Shown here: piece after piece, positions 62,879 through 64,000 of the stretch
Position numbering within the stretch: position 1 is the first letter of the stretch
Layout: each line of letters begins with the position of its first letter
NCBI GenBank assembly: GCA_019634695.1
Contig: JAHCAW010000004.1
Span: 64,831 to 128,830 of the forward strand
Length of the DNA stretch: 64,000 nucleotides
Reading direction: 5' to 3'
Source: Candidatus Sumerlaeia bacterium
GTDB lineage: Bacteria > Sumerlaeota > Sumerlaeia > SLMS01 > JAHLLQ01
The notes under the pieces: model-generated
What the model saw: only the letters and a program-made list of their open reading frames with translations
Database searches by the model: none
Told to the model about the DNA's origin: nothing
Program-made: the position numbers and the translations under genes

Positions 62879-63155
62879 GTTGTTGGTTGTTGGTGACTAG
62901 TTGTTGGTGATTAGTTGTTGGTGATTAGTTGTTGGTTATTAGTGGTTGGTCATTAGAAGCGAACGTTGTGCCGAAGATCGGAACCCGAGTTGCCCGTCGA
63001 AGCCTTGGCGAAGACGGGAGCCTTTGACGGAGACGAAGGCGTCAGCGACCGGCATTCCCCAGCCTTCCATCAAGCCTCTGTCCCTTCTCCTGCCACCATC
63101 CGCCACAACTCTCCACCCACCAAGAACCAACAACTAATAACTAATAACTAATAAA
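62879..63155 (-). repeat. Heptad-periodic inverted-repeat intergenic element C (largest copy)
   Basis: On the plus strand, 62879-62956 is 11 consecutive heptads: GTTGTTG GTTGTTG GTGACTA GTTGTTG GTGATTA GTTGTTG GTGATTA GTTGTTG GTTATTA GTGGTTG GTCATTA. 63117-63155 carries the same heptads inverted (CCACCAAGAACCAACAACTAATAACTAATAACTAATAAA). There is a perfect 14-nt complement between 62924-62937 and 63125-63138. Confidence 0.65.
62959..62973 (-). promoter_or_regulatory. Weak sigma-54-type -24/-12 candidate inside the spacer of element C
   Basis: The minus strand reads CGGCACAACGTTCGC. It has GG-N10-GC spacing and resembles TGGCAC-N5-TTGC with two core mismatches. It lies about 105 nt upstream of the NtrC-type gene start. 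Confidence 0.25.
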
Positions 63156-63166
63156 CCCGAATTCCG

Positions 63167-63211
63167 CTCTCTGCCCTCTGCCCTCCGCCCTCCGCCCTCT
63201 GCCCTCCCCTC
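63167..63211 (-). repeat. C-rich (minus strand G-rich) heptad array abutting the DUF502 stop codon; G-quadruplex-type sequence
   Basis: Plus strand: CTCTCTGCCCTCTGCCCTCCGCCCTCCGCCCTCTGCCCTCCCCTC. The minus strand therefore has seven GGG(G) runs separated by 1-4 nt. Confidence 0.6.
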
Positions 63212-64000
63212 TTACTCCTCCTCCTCGCTCTTCGCATTCGGCAGATGCACGGTCAGCGGTTCGGGGGGCGGCAGCTTGGGCGGGGTGTCCAGGCCATTGA
63301 ACGGCGCGGTGTGCATCGAGTTCGGCGACAGGATGCCGCCGGAGATGATGAAGCGCACGGCGTCCTCGGTGGTCATGTTGATGTCGTGCACATCCTCGGC
63401 CGGCACCATGAGCAGGAAGCCGCTGGTGGGGTTGGGCGTCGTGGGCAGGAAGACGGTGACGATCTTGCGGTTGCCGGGCTGGAGGAATATCTCGCCGGTG
63501 GCGTAGGCGATGCACCAGATGCCGCGGCGGGGATACTCCAGGGCAACCACGCGTTTGACGCTGTCGCGCTTGGCGGTCAGCGTGCGCAGCACCTCGCGCG
63601 GCGTGACGTAGAAAAAGCGCACGAGCGGGATGCGCTCGACGATGCGCTCGCCGAGACGGATCAGGCGCCGCACCAGGAAGAAGCGCGAGAGCACGCCCGC
63701 GGCCAGGATGAACAGCAGCGTCAGGAAGAGCGAGACGCCGATCGTCAGCGGCGCGGCCAGCCGTTCCGGCCACGCCACAAGGTCCAGAAACGCCCGGACG
63801 ATCGGATCGATCATCTTGCCGACGTTGCGGTTCAGCAGGTCCGCCATGATCATGATCGCCCAGATCGTGATCATGGCCGGGATGACGGTGATCAGGCCGG
63901 CGATGAAGCGGCTGCGCAGCAGCTCGATGATGCCCGGCCGCGGATGCGGGACGGCGCGGATCCCGGCGTCGGGGGGTGTGGGGGATTCTTGCGAGTGACT
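63212..64000 (-). CDS. DUF502-family membrane protein, with its 5' end beyond the window
   Basis: VRRLIRLGERIVERIPLVRFFY...LEYPRRGIWCIAYATG...VFLPTTPNPTSGFLLMVPAEDV matches DUF502. My reverse translation stays open upstream of the track ATG (63874) to the window edge (...IIELLRSRFIAGLITVIPAMITIW). The gene probably starts outside the window, or at a non-ATG codon. Confidence 0.75.
   Translation of the reverse strand, partial: SHSQESPTPPDAGIRAVPHPRPGIIELLRSRFIAGLITVIPAMITIWAIMIMADLLNRNVGKMIDPIVRAFLDLVAWPERLAAPLTIGVSLFLTLLFILAAGVLSRFFLVRRLIRLGERIVERIPLVRFFYVTPREVLRTLTAKRDSVKRVVALEYPRRGIWCIAYATGEIFLQPGNRKIVTVFLPTTPNPTSGFLLMVPAEDVHDINMTTEDAVRFIISGGILSPNSMHTAPFNGLDTPPKLPPPEPLTVHLPNAKSEEEE

Noticed and set aside
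62939-63151. Three small ORFs (64 aa minus strand; 63 and 61 aa plus strand) inside the spacer of element C
   Set aside because: They overlap one another on both strands and have no convincing RBS. They begin or end within the repeat arms. I cannot distinguish them from chance, so I did not call them, but a small protein is not formally excluded.
62879-63211. CRISPR array as an explanation for the periodic repeats
   Set aside because: The period is only 7 or 14 nt, and there are no unique spacers between repeats. The arrays are inverted copies of each other, and no cas genes are in the window.

Overview
This is a very GC-rich, densely coding bacterial chromosomal window (roughly two-thirds G+C by eye, not computed). 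The gene content includes orphan GspG-like pseudopilins, lamin-tail-domain exoproteins and many exported hydrolases. That mix suggests a PVC/Planctomycetota-type genome, which is an inference only. I support about 50 protein genes and see no rRNA, tRNA or CRISPR array.

Gene blocks:
1. 1-17.5 kb, respiratory island. It starts with the alternative complex III genes (actA, and actB truncated at the window edge). A divergent COX3/NorE-like membrane protein with an inserted cytochrome c domain follows. Next is a Tat-exported NarG/NxrA-like type II DMSO-reductase operon (alpha, beta, a tandem-domain gamma, and a chaperone), then a small membrane protein. The island also holds two lamin-tail-domain exoproteins (one of them a nuclease), clpS, a PAS-PP2C phosphatase and nrfHA.
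2. 17.7-21.5 kb, housekeeping genes: cysS, a glycogen debranching enzyme and cutA.
3. 21.7-29 kb, envelope cluster: a GT2 gene convergent with a minus-strand operon of a lipoprotein, two tandem paralogous ~795-aa amidase/golvesin-like/FN3 proteins, and a radical SAM/SPASM enzyme.
4. 30.3-35.6 kb, a four-gene, translationally coupled, exported operon. It brackets two unknown proteins with a cyanophycinase and an isoaspartyl peptidase.
5. 35.8-53.2 kb, mixed exported proteins, peptidases, nhaC, a LysR regulator, a kinase-like gene, a DEAD-box helicase, an msrB-msrA fusion, a polysaccharide deacetylase and others.
6. 53.2-53.9 kb, an IS200/RAYT-like Y1 transposase gene flanked by 51-bp inverted repeats.
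7. 54-62.9 kb, a bshA-like glycosyltransferase, an ABC exporter, an acyltransferase, two methyltransferases, a GT4 and an NtrC-type regulator.

The most unusual non-coding signal is a family of three intergenic elements (about 21.53-21.69, 57.07-57.20 and 62.88-63.16 kb). Each is built from heptad-periodic GT-rich and CA-rich inverted arms. One of them is followed by a G-quadruplex-type heptad array.

Many very long ORFs in the track are GC-driven antisense or read-through shadows, and I rejected or trimmed them.
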